Shown here piece by piece: positions 26,601 through 44,643 of a DNA stretch of 64,000 nucleotides (its first letter is position 1; every line of letters starts with the position of its first letter). The notes beneath the pieces are model-generated. The model did no database searches. It saw nothing but the letters and a program-made list of their open reading frames with translations, and was not told where the DNA came from. A program made the position numbers and the translations under genes. Location of the stretch: assembly GCA_964057225.1 (NCBI GenBank), contig OZ059895.1:14508001-14572000 (forward strand). The letters are read 5' to 3'. This DNA is from Auanema rhodensis. Lineage: Eukaryota; Animalia; Nematoda.

Positions 26601-29600
26601 TTTTGCTCGTCGTAACGTGTGAATCCAGATTTTCCTTCTTTGTTGCAAAGTTCAACTACACCAACAAATGTACCTAAAATCACACTTTTTTAGAGAAAAC
26701 AACTACTGTGCCAGCATGATTATCTCCATCAACTATGCGATAATCAACACACCATCACTATGAAAGGGAAAGAGACATCAAATAGAAAAAATCACAATGA
26801 TCGTGATGAACGCGTGTGCAGAGCGAAACACTTTTTTGAAACAATCTGGGTCGAAAAAAAACAGTAAGCTTAAGTTTTATGCCGATTAGAGGGGCGATGC
26901 AAGAGGAAAAAAATGAACAAAGAAGGAAGAAAAGAAGAAAGGCGAAAGGGGGGAAAGTGAGAAAGAGAGTAGGAGCTCTGATAACAAAATTGCGTAAGGC
27001 TGTTACTCCTTGGAGAGACCAACAAGCCTCATTCCACGGGACAGCAGGCCAATAGAAGAAAAAGATTAACGAGACAAATGAACACATAAGCCCCATAAGA
27101 CAGTTGTACTCGATGTCAATATCCTGAATAGCCTTGAAACCACGCGGTTTGTTGTAAAAGGCGTGAAAGGAGACGACATGATGTTAATCATCTTTTAAAC
27201 TGACCACGAAACGAGGCAGTCGAGAAAGCTCCGAAAATGAAATCATCCAACCCATGAGCAGTATTTTCAGAAACGCATAGATTAGAAAGAAGGGGAAACA
27301 GAGAAAAAAAGAACAAAAGACGACGAACGGAACCCATGAGCATAACATGCAAGTGAAAGAGATGGAGAGGAATCGAGAAGAGGGCACAAAGTGGGAGGAG
27401 GAAGTAGAAGAAGAGAAGTATGTATGCATGTATGGGTGGCAAGTAGCAAAAGGAAAAAGCTGACTACTTGGTCCTACTCTTCTCGTACCCCTCCTCAGAC
27501 GTCTCCAATCGCTGCTGTCGGCGGCGGCGCCAACGACAGAAACTTCTGAGCGCCTTCCAAATGGCATAAACTGAATGAAAATAAAATGTAATTATGCTTG
27601 GCTCAGCCCATTTTGCTCGTCGGGGGCACAAATAGAACAGATGAAAAAACATAGCGTTCAAAGGTAAAACTCGGCACAACACGGGGTGGCGGTTATATAC
27701 AAAGAACAGTAAAAGAATCGTTCGTCTGATAAGAAATGACAATGAAAGAAATCAATAAAAAAGTGTAATCACATAATTGAAATCGAACGCAACCAGATGC
27801 CGACATACATATAGATTCATCATATATGACCTAATGCTGCTGGTGTGGCTGTATGCAACAGCAGTGATCATGCCGTTACAGCTGATGAACTTCAATTACC
27901 TATTACTAGAAGCAAGTAATGATTCGGAAATTGGAGATCGAGCAACTTTCGACACGAACTCAGAAATTAGAAGGTTTTTTATTTGGAGAAAAACAAGAGG
28001 AGCACATTCTATTATAGGCTTCAGTGCGGAGTAAAAAACAACGAGAGTTAGAGAAAATGAGAATTCGAAGTCAAAACCCGTACCCATCCGTTCGCCCATC
28101 TCAATATCTCTGATGAACAAATGATTTGAAAAATTGAAGCATGTGCTCCTAAAGCTATCCAGAAATCTCGTCATCGTCATTCACCTCACTCTCTATCATC
28201 ACGCGGAAAAAAAAGGATGAGACAAGTGGAAGAAAGGGAAAACGAGGAGGAGGAGGAAGAAGAGGAGGAAGAGGAGGAGGAGGAGTAGGAGTAGGAGTAG
28301 GAGTAGGAGTAGGAGTAGGAGTAGGAGTAGGAGTAGGAGGAGGAGGAGGAGGAGGAGGAAGAGGAGGAGGATGAACGAGAGAAGAAGAAAGCTGTAAGGA
28401 AAACGAAAGAGACGAGAGAAAGTGAGAGGGAAATAGACGTTGTTGATAAGTTGCAGTTAATCGCTCATTCACTTCAAGCTTCTGACCAGCATGAAAATCA
28501 ATAGAGAAGGATGAGAGAGAAAAGAAACGAAGGGAGTAATCCCCGGCATCTGTTCTATCCAATAACTAGGGGTGGTGGCAATAGAATGAAATGGAAAAGA
28601 TGGGCCGCCAATAAAAATGGTCAGCGACAACTAGCGCAGAAACGGAAGCAGTTGCCAAATTAGAAGAGCATTATTTCTGAAAAGCTTTGTAACTGTTTCA
28701 ATTGCTGTTGACGCACCGAGCACTCTTATTTTGCAGTCACTGCAATCTCAGAATTGAAGCGTTTTTGAAAAGCTATATAAATGGTAAAATGTAGAAAAGG
28801 AATGAAAAAATGAACACTGAACCGCAGGTACATTATCAGATGCAGAGGCAGCACAGCTACCTGAGGAGCAGACAGGGCAAGAAAGAAACAAAGAACAAGC
28901 TATGAGTGAGGGTGGTCGAGGTATTTTAGAAACAAGTCAACTCTCACCAATGACATAAACAACCCCACCCTCAAAACTAAAAATTTAAAAACGACAGATA
29001 AAAAATGCAAGTACTCTGTGTAGCACTTCTTCATCAACATCGTCATCTTATTAGATTTCGATCTATAATCATACAACTTCATCTCAGTGAACTTTAGGCA
29101 TAAAATCAAAAAAGTAAATGCGATCAAGAGCTCATGCATCGAGAACATCTCACTAAGTTGGTAACGGGCAAAACTTAGGAGGGAACAAGCTATCATGATA
29201 GTGGACTATAAAAATCTATTATTTTCCAGTCCCAAAATTCCAATTTTAAACTATAAGTGATGGCGTGATGAGATAGTGAGAAATTAATTCACACATTCGA
29301 AGTCAAAAAAAGAAAAGAAGAAGAGGACTAACCTGCATTGTCAATTATAGGGAAGCAGAGAATGTTTCTGGTATGGAAGCCTGTCACTTCATCCACGTGT
29401 GTATAGAAAAATGGACAACTAAAAACAAACAGGTTTCTGTTCCAGCTTCGTATTTTAACAAAAGAAAAAATCTACTTTCATGGCAAGATAAACAGTCAAT
29501 CGATAAACATATCTTTGAGAAATATGATTTTTATAATAATTAAATCAGCGCTTCGTTAGCAAATTACTGTGGGACCCAAATGTCCCCTCCACTAAATTCT

Positions 29601-29751
29601 ATTAGCAGCCTCAGAACAGCATAATCACCCTTTCGAGACGCGACCGCTTAATGATCCGGCAAAAAAAGAAGCTTCCCTTTCGTCTCTATCTATGCTCTCT
29701 CTTCCTATCTCTTTCTCTCTCTCTATCTCTCTCTTCCTATCTCTTTTTCTC

Positions 29752-29817
<66 letters not shown>

Positions 29818-31143
29818 TCTTTCACTGGCTATCCAGTCGAGTTATCTCTTCACCTCCCCCTTTATCTTTCTTACGTATTCAGAGTTTTGCTTGATGTAAA
29901 CTTGCTGAAGCTCAGGAAAAGCTCAAAACTATATTCATATGTCACAAGCTATCACCTGCTTCTTATCAGGCTCATAATAATATGCCGTCATTTTGAAATA
30001 TTTATAGCAATTTCACCACTGCTAAGACAACACCTTGACTTGACACACACATACACACACACATACATACACACTTACACACTTATATGTGTATATAGAC
30101 TTAGAAAGCTTGCAAACCATAAAATATTTCAAAAACTGAGAGAATTTGAAATAATTTTAACATTAACTCGTCAGGAATACCCACCACACAGGTTTCTCGT
30201 AATACCAGAAATGTCATACAAACTAACCAGATCATATTTATTTCCGCTTTTCTCTTTTTATTTCAAAAAAAAAAGAAGAAGAGAAATTCTTACCGGTTTA
30301 CATCACGAACATTCATCATGGTTCTCGTTGTAGCCACACGACCCACGACACCTTTATCCATTGGCAAACGAATTTCTTTTAGATTTTCAGCTTTATCAAA
30401 TACTTTAGTCACCAACTCCTTGTTTTCTTTGTCTAACAAGAACAATGAGCATCTGAAACTCGAAAAATTTAGAAAGAACGCAAATGAATGTTGTTTAAAA
30501 CGAAGATGGCACTACAGTGCAATCATTCGAAAGCTCAATCTATACTATGAGTAATGTTAATAAACTTAGATATCTTTTTCACAGCTCATAATAATAAGGT
30601 GAGAAAATAAAAATGATAACAACATTTAAAATACGAATAGATATTAAAAAAAAAGAATTGCTTACGTTTCAGCTTTGATGATGCTTTTAGCTTCGTGTGC
30701 AATGGATTGTATCAAGCTCTTCAAATCTTCTGAATGATATAGCATTCGATGATACACACCAGGTGAAACTGAGCGCTCTCTGGTAGTTGGGGACGTGGAT
30801 GGCTGAAATGAGAGGTACCGTCATAGTTGTTTGAAAATGACTGCTTCATCGCGTCGACGAGCGCAAAGAATGTTAGGACATCGTCATAATCATCACATCG
30901 TGATAAACGTCATCACTTCTTATCATAAATTCTTCCCCATATGTGAGAACGAGAACTACAATGACCATGAAATCCGGAAGTACCTACCTTAGCATTCTGC
31001 ATGATCAGCAATGGTTGAACATCTTCGGTACGTACTTTCAAAGGTGGATGAGAAGCTTTTCGCCAAACGGGTCCACTAGTTGATTGCAGAGGAAGAGAAC
31101 CAAGATGAGGGCTAGAGTTACGTCGTAACTCTACCATTGACAT
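23655..31143 (-). CDS. pde-2: cGMP-regulated cyclic nucleotide phosphodiesterase 2 (GAF + PDEase catalytic domain)
   Basis: N-terminus [10 protein letters not shown]...[10 protein letters not shown]; GAF exons (CSLFLLD...GVVGRVA...TRNILCFPI...VELCNK); catalytic [34 protein letters not shown] and EFFSQGD. A TTTCAG acceptor lies 8 nt before the ATG. Confidence 0.92.
28244..28370. repeat. (GGA)n / (GGAGTA)n purine-rich tandem repeat in a pde-2 intron
   Basis: About 9-10 GGAGTA units flanked by GGA runs. Confidence 0.9.
29697..29815. repeat. (CT)n microsatellite in a pde-2 intron
   Basis: Degenerate then perfect CT run. Confidence 0.93.
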
Positions 31144-33466
31144 TGACGATTCTGAAACCAAGAAGCTGGACTTATCGCATTTACCTTTAAAGCCCTTGAA
31201 GGACTACATAAAGAAGGAAAACGAAAAATTTAACCTTATCGCACAATGAGAGAGAGAGAAAATATGTTGTTCAAGATGCTTAAAGATAAGAGTTCGACAT
31301 AACGCTTCTTCGTAAGGTTGGCGTCATTTAAAGAGTTTATATATATATATATATATATACATATAGAAGAGACATAATTAAAATTCCAGGAGTTTCTCGA
31401 CAGAAAAAAAACGAAAGAAATGTGACATAGATAAGACAAGGTATTAAAGCAACAATAAAACAGAATTTTCTCATATATGGCATTCGAGAGATAGCCAGAC
31501 ATATCATACAAGCGAGAGGAACCGAAGAATACCAGAAGATAAAGAAAATGCCAAAGGTGTTCTTCATAGAACGCAACATTTTCTGATTATTATTATCATT
31601 TCAACGGTGAAAAAAGAATTTCGACATTCATTATTGCATAACATGTAGATATTGAACAGACATGGTGAGAGAGAGAGAGAAAAAAAGATAAAAATGAAAA
31701 GAAAAAGTAAAAGAAGCCCTTTACGAATTATAAGCAGAAGAAAATTGAATAAGGTTTAATAAAAAAAATTAGAATTAATGAACATTAAAGAATAGGTTGA
31801 AATAAAAAATTATGGAAAAAATTAAAAGAGCATGAAAATCAGAAGAAAATTGAAAATAGATAAGGAAAAAGAAAAGCCAAGAAGTTCAGAGCAGATACCA
31901 CCAGACGAAACAATGAAAATTATCTGGGCTGTATTGAGGCGATAGAGTAGAAAGAACGACCAGTTCCTCAAGAAATGAAAAATGAAATGGAAATGAACTG
32001 TTGGCGTTAGTTGAACACGAAACAGGCTGCTCTCATTGGTTCAACTCTCGCAGAGAGAATGCGAAAGAAACTGGAGGTATTAATAGAAGGAGAGAAGTGC
32101 ACTTGTTCATGAAAACAGAACTCACAAAGCTGCTGGACCGTCAGACGTATTCAGTCTGTAGACAAGCCCCCATTCTGGCCTCGATGATCTGAGTAGAAGA
32201 AGCCTTGTCGGAATGGAGGGCGTAGCCTGGCAAACTCCTATAAAAAATACACTAGGAACCAGGTTACTACCGAAGATGGCAGCAGATGAGGCATTTCTTC
32301 AAGAATTGGATGCAGCTTTGAAACAATGATTTTCTTGCTTTAACGTCAACTTCGCTTCCCTCTGGAAGTGATAAATTGAAAAAAAAAGATCAAAAAAAGA
32401 AAGAGGGAAAGAGAGACAGATAGTGAGAAAAAAAGGGGCAAAATAAACAAAAATGGTCAGTAAATCACAAAAATCAAGTAGAGTAATGAGTTTGATTAGT
32501 TAGTTTGTTTGATTAAGAATGACTAAAAAACAAAAATTTTGTGTTGGGGCAGACAGAAATGAAGAAAATAACAAAACACGAAATGAGATCATCTTGTTGC
32601 TTAGTTGATTATAGAAGTGCTTAGAAGACAGGTAGATTTTATATATACATATAAAAGAATATATCAATAATCGAAATGTAAAGAGAAGGTCACAAAAATA
32701 GCTGAAGGACGATGAAGTAGGAAACCAAACAACTCAACTTTTCATGTTCATTGCTCAAATATAAATGACGTTCGTGCTACTCATTTAGCAAACTTTAAAC
32801 GTTCCTCATCTGCATCATCATCATCATCATCATAATGGGGCACCGACGAGAAAACAGGACAGGCCATAAAAAGGGAACAAGCATACATTAGGCTGGTTGA
32901 ATTCTGGCTTAATATTTCAACATACATGGCATTGACAGCACTAGTTATAAAAGTATAGGAGAAGGGGAATGAACACGGACACCAGGAAAATGAGAAAAAA
33001 AAGATGAAAATTTATGAGAACAAGTGAAGATGAAAGAGAAATTGAACGAGAAGCAAAAGGGGAAGTTGACAGACACTTCTTGAGACAGGAAGAAAATAAC
33101 TAGAGAGAGAAAGATAGAGAGAAGAAAGTATGTACTGAAAGAAATATTGAGAGATCTAAAGAAAAGGAGAGATTCTCAAGACTGAACGGGCCGTAGTCGG
33201 TCAGCTAAAAATTTGGCGGTGTTCCTGCAACCAACGACCGTAATGTTCATTGAATTACATGAACTTCAGATATAGATCAACAATGAGTAAGATGCTCACT
33301 TTCACAATGTTCTACATCCGAAGTTCAATTAGTTCTATGTTCTAATTGAATATATATATATATATATAATATATTTCTATTTTTAATAAAATATCTATCT
33401 TTATACTGAAGTCAACTATAACACTTTGTCAGTTACAACGAAAACAGACTAGAAATCTTGTTGCGC

Positions 33467-33507
33467 GCACACACACACACACATACACACACACACATAC
33501 ACACACA
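33467..33507. repeat. (CA)n microsatellite
   Basis: CA run with occasional TA. Confidence 0.85.
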
Positions 33508-36500
33508 AGGGAGTCATATCTGCAGAAAACACCTTCGGTTTTGCACAACGATTATGCATACTTGTCACATTTTAACTGGCAGCTAACAACGGAAAGTTGA
33601 AAAAGGATGTCTGAACTAGAGTGCACAGTAGAGAGATGAATAGTCGGTATCCATACTGCCCCTTTCAAAAATAATAAAACTAAAGAAAACAACACAGAAA
33701 AGATACAAAGCGCAGGCGGATGACCCAACATCTGGTTGAGCGAAAGCAAAATCTTCTCCTCTATAATGACATTTTGTCTGTATTCGAAATGTTTCCGAAT
33801 ACAGGCTAGGTCTGTCTGTGATAGTTACAACTAGCAGACGTTTGCCAAATGTTTGATTATTTGAAAAATGACGAATGAACACTACCCTTTGAAGATGAAC
33901 GAGATATTAGTGATAAACTCGTAAATTAGAAAAAAATATTAAAAAAAACTAAATGAGATAAAAACACTCAAAGAAAATTAATTTATTGGTGAATATTTCC
34001 ACATGACAACCATGGAAGGTTGAAACCCGTAGAAAAAAATAGAAAACAAGCTATTGAAATATGAAAACTATGAATATTCCATACATAAAACGATGGTAGA
34101 TGTAGTGGATTGTGCTCTTCAGTGCTGACAGAAATCAGAAGTTGTGAGGTCAGTGATCATGAGAAAAAGGTTGCTATGGTAATACTATGAAAAGTTTGAG
34201 TAAATAGATTTCGCTCATTATATGATCTAGAAGATTAGATCCTCGATATAATATTTAAGAAAAAAAATGACGCACAAAGAACTGTCTGTGGGGTAATAAA
34301 TCCAGTAAACAAGGGATTACGAACAAAGAGAATTAGACGTGCTTCATGCAAACTTTCAATCATCTGTTTTCGCTGTAGAAATGAAGTGAAAATGGAAAAA
34401 AAGCATAAACAGGATGATGAGAATCAATAAAATAACAGTTACACACGAGTTTTCAGAAATACAAAACTCATAGTCATCTCATTGAACTATTGAAGCATCG
34501 GTTCACGGAAATATTTAACAAACAATCGACGAGTATGTCAAGTAGATCATTTAAAAATTAAAAGGATCATGTTTGCAGGAAAATTTAAAGAAAGAAATTG
34601 AGAGGAACGCATATACTGAAAAAGACAAAGGTAGATCTTCTAGTAACATAGGAAAGTTAATTGAGTATTGCGGACGGGAAAAACAAAGCCAATAATGGAA
34701 TATCAGATGGCAGAAGCTGCCGCCAGAGCGACGGGGGTGCAGAAATGGAATAGGAATATAGGACAGTGAATATACATATCGAGGGACACAGAGAAAGAGA
34801 GAGCGACGTGGAAAACGAGAGTGGGAAGAGTACGCTATACGCAAACTTCAAATAAAATCAATAACTTCGTGTTTCAAAGTGAATTAGCATACTATGCAAA
34901 TGCACGCATGTCGAGCATGATTTCGAGCAAGCATCTTAAACCTTTTCATTTAACAACACACGTTCAAATATGTAGAGGTTCTTCAAAAACCAGAAGACAG
35001 ATTAATGCATAAGGCGAATTCAAGAGCGCAGATCAAAGACGAAGGAAGTTGACACACACGAAAAAGCGGTGACTGAGAAAAGGTATAAGACGAATAGACT
35101 GTAACATCTGATGATTTCATATTTTCACGTAAAGTCATATCACAACCCTAGTACATGTGCGAGGCACGCTATTACATTCGATCATTCTTTATCAAACATT
35201 CTTCGCTCATTCTTCACTATAGCGTCATCCGTTTTCTGGCGCCCCTGTCTCCGGATGTCGAGATACTTATAGATAATGAATCTGTCCTATGGCTTTCGTA
35301 TTTCACCTGTCTCTTCAATAGAATACTATGTCTTACATTAATATGTGCTTCTCTCTCCAGTGATATGAATGAGAGAGAGGGAGAGAGAGTAAAAGACAAA
35401 ATGAAGATATTATTCATCTCTTCCACTCATCTTTCAGAATTGAATAATACGTACAATAATTTCGTACAATTCATGTTTTCATTACAGCATTCTCTATCTA
35501 TTTCTTTTCTATTTCTCAGGTTTCTATCCTATCCTCATTCATTTCCATCTTAGAATATGGGACAAATGTTTTCGCAAAATATTTCATACAAAAAAAAAGA
35601 AACAAAATACATAAACGATTATATCCTTTTGAAATAAAAACGACGGTCCTTGGAATATAAAGAAAAAAATTGAAAGCGATCAAAATTATGACTCAGGCTA
35701 GCTTCACACTTACGTGGCGGTCGTTTTGAAAGAGACATCATCACTATGACTATTCATTACGTGTCCAAAATGTGCGATTGACACTTTACTACTAGAAATC
35801 ATGAATAACGAACAAGTTAACATGTGGGAGAGGCCCCTCCCCCAATTTTCTTTAATTGGAATCAAACTATTAAAGGAATTGATGACGAAGTCAAGCGGTT
35901 TTTAAATTTTATATAAGACTTAATTCAATGTATACAAAAACATATGATTATTATATTATAATATGCCAAGAATGCCAAATATACAAGCTATTGATTAACA
36001 GACAGCATCAATTTTATGAAGTTTGGCCTGTACCAGAGGGTATAAGAGGAGTTTGTGAAAAACAAATCAAAATCATTTGCATTTAAAACAATAGTACTAC
36101 TGAATATAGGTAAGAGCATAGAATTAGCAGCAAAATAACAATTTTCATGCAAGAAGAAATAGTACAATCCAGCTATCACTAAAGTATAGGAATGTTGTTG
36201 AGAGTCGTTTTTGGAATGTGCAAATTGGCGTAGGAATTTGACGTAGATTCACGTACAAATCCAATTATAACAATTGTCAATTACAGTGGTAAAAACGGTG
36301 GGAACTGTGGGAGCCCGTTTTCATAATGCATGAACTTTATTCTTACGTTTTATATTTCTTTCTCTGGCAATCTTTATTTGTCATCCTCCCAAATCATCAA
36401 AAGTATGAATAATTGGTTGGACCAAAATATGGAATAGCATATGCGATGAACAGGGAAGGGTATCACATCCTCTTGTTACTTTCATGTGATATATTGAAAA

Positions 36501-39018
36501 ACTAGAAATATTCCTTTATGCTACTAAACACGTGATAAAAGGAGAAGAGGCTGAAATACAAACTTTACTTCGTTGGCGACTCATGATGTGGAAACACGTC
36601 ATATGATATGCTAATGAGTCGCGTGTGTATATGAGCCATACGGCTTGTGTAAGAATTCTTTAATTTACTTCACGCTCAGCTAAACACACGCATACAACGG
36701 CTGCTTTCGATTATATTTTTTGTAGTTATAACATGGTTGTTATAACGAGAATGCTTTTCAGCTGAAATTTTGGGAATTGAAGATAAAAATGTGTGCTTAG
36801 GAGTTTAAGATAGATGAATCTGATCAGGTCAAATGATATGGATCTGGGTTATAATCTTTCAAATAAAAAAAAGGTGGAAATGAGTGCAATGAGTAAGCGC
36901 TGTATTGATGATGAAATTGATTCTGGCTTGGTCGGAAATGTGATGAAATCAGAGGAAGACATAAAACGTTCAGTTGCGGGTAGTGAGAATCGGTATACGA
37001 TCGAGTCCTGCATGTGGTCCAACTGGGTCTCTAGGTCTCGTTAGAAAAACGGGAAGATTGTGTTAAAAGTTGAGGTAGTGGACAGCTAGTCAGTTGACTA
37101 GTGTAGGAAAAATCACAATAGAACGAATAAGAGAAAGAGAGGCAGAGAAGAATCAGAAGATGAAACCCGATTAAAATGTGAGAGGACCATAGCGCAAACG
37201 AGAAAGCTATGAAGGTGGAGAGATGAAGAAATGATGAGAGGGAGGATTGGGGTTCAGGGATGGGAAAAGACAGAAAACTGAGTCTCAAATGAAGGAGGTT
37301 GGTTGAAGGCTTGTGCTGTTAGTGGTGGCTGACTGCCTTGCTGGCTGGCTGGACGACGCGAAATCGATGGGAACACGTGGTTGGCCTATTGCCAATAGTG
37401 GAACAAGCTCGCAAATACCTCAATATTAGTGAGAATGTGGATCTTTCGAATAAGAAATAAAGAAATTCACATTACTGATTCTCTTTTTTGCTTAATGATG
37501 TGAACTTTGTGCTTTTTTTTGTTGCACAAATCCAACGTACTACTTTGACATTTTTTTCCAAATGCAGACAAGCTGTCTTTGTTTTTCAAATCCGCGACTT
37601 GGTTCTTTCCAGCAAATTCTATACTCTTCACCAGACATAAATACATGCACGAAAATTGATGAAAGAGGAACAAGAGTATATAGGAAAAAGTATGGTCAGT
37701 CAGTTAGTTATATACTGCGGGTAAACAGCTTCGAATCCACTGCTTTCGTAATAATAACATTCATTATTCGTAGTTGAAATAAAAAAAAGTGAATTTAGTG
37801 TTACCTATTGAGTAATACTGTTTATTCTCACACAAATTACTAATCGACATCTGTTTTATTCCATGTTTATTAGGGGTGAAAAATAAAATGAAGAAAATTA
37901 GAAGAAGAAATAAAAAATAAAATATACCAATAAAGACAAGATCAAAAGAAATGAAAAATATGGAACCAGATAGGTGAGAAAACGAATAAAAATGGGAGAG
38001 AAAGAAAAGAGAATCAGAGGGAACAAATGAACCAACCGTTCGTCGCATTATGAACTGATAAAAATGATTTTATGATCTTAAGTTAAACTGACGTATGTAC
38101 GTGACTAGTTGAACGATCTAAGCAATGAAGTGGATTATAAAGCGAAATGTTGATACAATCTAATGAGGAAGAAGTTTAAGAAAAAAGAATATTATTGAGA
38201 TTGGAAGGAAGTTTCGATAAAGATAGATAAAGATTTGAGGAATATTTTTAAAAAGATTAAACGTAACATGAACATTGGTTAATAGGTGAAAAGATTTGTG
38301 ATCACAAGAGATGAGATTTCTTTCAAGGTTTTCAGCTATAAGATTTCTTTAAATCTAATATTATATTGAATAAAATGAAAATACATGGAATTTTCATTAA
38401 AATAGCGAAATTGCAATAAGGAAAATCACAAGATTTCTGGTCAAATTTTCAACCTCGGAAGCAGATCTGATGATGTGATAAGTCGAGTTAGAAAATTTGA
38501 AATGTTATTGGATACGAAGAAGCTCATGAAGATAAGAGTGAAAAACGTTTGAAAATATTTTTCTTGGAAATACTTTTTGGATTTTGGGCATTCATCATAT
38601 GAAAATTGAATTTTTTACTTCAAATTGGAGAAAAATTAAAAATTGAAGCCGGTAACTGAATCAATGCTCTTTGAAAACTGACAAATGAAAGTTGAGAAGG
38701 AGAACGCTGCTGAAAATTCTAAATGTGATTGAAGACATAAAGATGGGAATGCTTAAAATCACATGGAATTCTAGAATATGTGTATTAAGTGGAAAAGGAT
38801 AGAGAAGAGAAGGAGCTAGTCTGAAGAGAAATCCTGATGCTTTTACAGTGGGGTTTATTCTCCTTGTGACACAATCTACATTTCTTTCCTCCCTCCTCCT
38901 TCCCCTCGTCCTTGCACCCCGCCCTATACTCACTTGTATTCGTCTCTTTCTCTTTTTGCCTCTCTAATATCTGTGTTTACTCTCCTTGCATGTGTTTCAA
39001 TACACTACCATTCCTCCA

Positions 39019-39028
39019 CTCTCTCCCA

Positions 39029-39123
<95 letters not shown>

Positions 39124-39133
39124 TCTCTCTCTC
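39019..39133. repeat. (CT)n microsatellite
   Basis: Long CT run. Confidence 0.95.
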
Positions 39134-41029
39134 ACTGTCTCTTTATGGTGTAGAACATAAGCTGTTATTTTCGAATCTATCAACGAATAGATAAGTTGAC
39201 ATTACGAACTTTCAAGCTTCATGTGCTTACCTTAATGCTTAAATCTAAACGAGAAATAAAGCTAAAGGGGGATTGATTTCTATTTTTGGAAAATGGAGAA
39301 AGCTAAGCCTTATTATGTATGTGCAAATTCCAATGCCACAAGTCTTCCATGAATCTATTGCTTTTCCTTCATTCAAAAAAAACCGGGCATCTCAGTAGTG
39401 TACACGAGCGTCTGACATGTAGAGCTCCAAAACCTAAATGTGGTCTTGCATTTTTCTTTTTTTTTGTCAGAAAAATAAACGAGGGAGATATGAAAAATGG
39501 TCCAAATCAAAGATGTTTAAGACACTTAGGCGGGAAACCAATATTGTGTGAACAAAATTTCTGAAATCAGACAGAAAACAGACCTAGTTCTATTGAAGAG
39601 AGGTCGTAAAAGAAATTGAGGACCAGCCGGCAGTCAGGCGGCCGAACAGCCAAATGGTAGAATGTGGTGAAGCACCTCATCGAATATTCATCTGGGAGTA
39701 TCGTGACAAACAGATACTTAAGAATGTTCATCGTCAGAAGATGACGACGACATCGACGACATCGACGACACAACGTGTGACAACCTTGATGACATGCGAC
39801 AAACCATTATTTTTCTTTCTTATTGCAAATAAAACCAAGCATTGGAATGATATCAGCTTCAGCTAGATCAATTTGAACATTTGTTTTTTTTTTTTTTCAA
39901 AAAAGGTTTCTGAAAGTTGTTGTATCCGCTTCTCAAAAATCGTGTAATTCTCTTCTCCGACATTCTGACCAGCCGCATTCAGTCTGCAGTATTCAAAAGC
40001 TCTAATGGATCCGTCTCTTGATTTTACTATTATAGGCTGAAGCTATGAAAAGAACAAGAGTAGAATGGGAAAAATGAGTTTTTATGAAACAAGCTTACGA
40101 TTAAGCATTTTAAAGAAAAATAATGTATGTCTCCACTCAACTAACTTTAGCTCGTATAAGGATTGTTCTCTACATATTTAGATTTATATGAATCTAAAAC
40201 TATAAAAGCATTTGAAATTGAATTTCTAATCGAAGAATCAAATGTATAGGATAGATTGAAGAAAGAAGGAAGTATAGGTTTATGAATGAAGCTATAAGTT
40301 AAGGAGAGGAAGAGCAACATCGGAAATCTGATGGTAACGATAGACGTGTATAGCTAATTCCTTAAGCTTTGATTCCAGATGTATGTCTTCTGATCCTTTG
40401 CTTCTCTTCCTCATTTCGTTCTATTCTGTTTCCTCTAGCCCTCGCCACCAATCCCACGAGGATATACAAAGGGCTACACATTGATAAGTCAACTAGAACT
40501 AGAGAAAGATGTACAAACATACATATATACTCATTCTAGCATTTCAGACAATTTTTTTCATTCCTGAGAGCGTGAAACTCAAAGGCCTACCAGTCAGTTC
40601 TTTCGAAGTTCCGGGTTATTTCGAAAAATAGCCGATTGTGTAGTTCTAGAAACAAAACGAACAGCCTGTTCCTTCGAAATCTCCAAAAAAAAAACTCTAC
40701 TTTCAAAAAATCTTCAACTATCCTGATGTTTTTACAGTCTTTCAGAAAAACTTTTTCGTTCTTCTGTAATCAATCTACAAAGTTCAAATAATAACAATTG
40801 AGATTGGGGTTGTATAAGGGAAAGGAATTGCAAATCAATCAATGAATTGGAACAGTTTGCTTTCTCTAACCAAGCCTTTGCATTATTATTTGGAATTGCA
40901 AAGAAGTTATGAGCGATTATCAAATATTCTTACCATTTACCTTATTTCTGTTGCTTTTCTTGTTATTAATCAACAAAGTGACCTCAATGTACTTGTTTCA
41001 ACAAGATTTAGACAAAAAAATTGTTGGAA

Positions 41030-44158
<3,129 letters not shown>

Positions 44159-44643
44159 GAAATAGAGCCGAGTCACAACTTAACTATATCAAAATATTTG
44201 TTCATTTACTTTTATTTCTATCACATGAATACTCATATAAATACATTGTCAAAAACCAATTTTCTAGTTTATTATTACAAAATCGAATTAAATTCTATAT
44301 TACTTCTTTATTAATAGAAAGTGTTTACGTAATTATTAATATCATTTATCTATGAGTATCCGCAGGTAGTGTACGCCATCTTTGAACATTGGCGTAAACG
44401 ACGTGCAGTTTAAAAAATTTTAAATTTATCTTTTATTATTATTTATTTATTAAATATTGTTATTTAAAATACTATGTTTCATCAAGTTAAGAATTCAGAC
44501 CAAATGCAAGTAATTAGTAGAACTTTAAAAAATAAGACAGAAATATTTAATTAAGTTGCATTTAAATTGAATTTCAATTTACTTCATAGTATGCTTATTT
44601 TGATATAGTAATTAAGTTGAAATTTGAAAGAAATTGTTTTCAG

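Noticed and set aside
28155-28562. Pro/Thr-rich ORF ([10 protein letters not shown])
   Set aside because: Artefact of the GGA/GGAGTA repeat in a pde-2 intron. The repeat is also not the nematode telomere repeat TTAGGC.
44373-44397. 7-bp stem TACGCCA/TGGCGTA between xylulokinase and ZNF830
   Set aside because: Too short to distinguish from chance.
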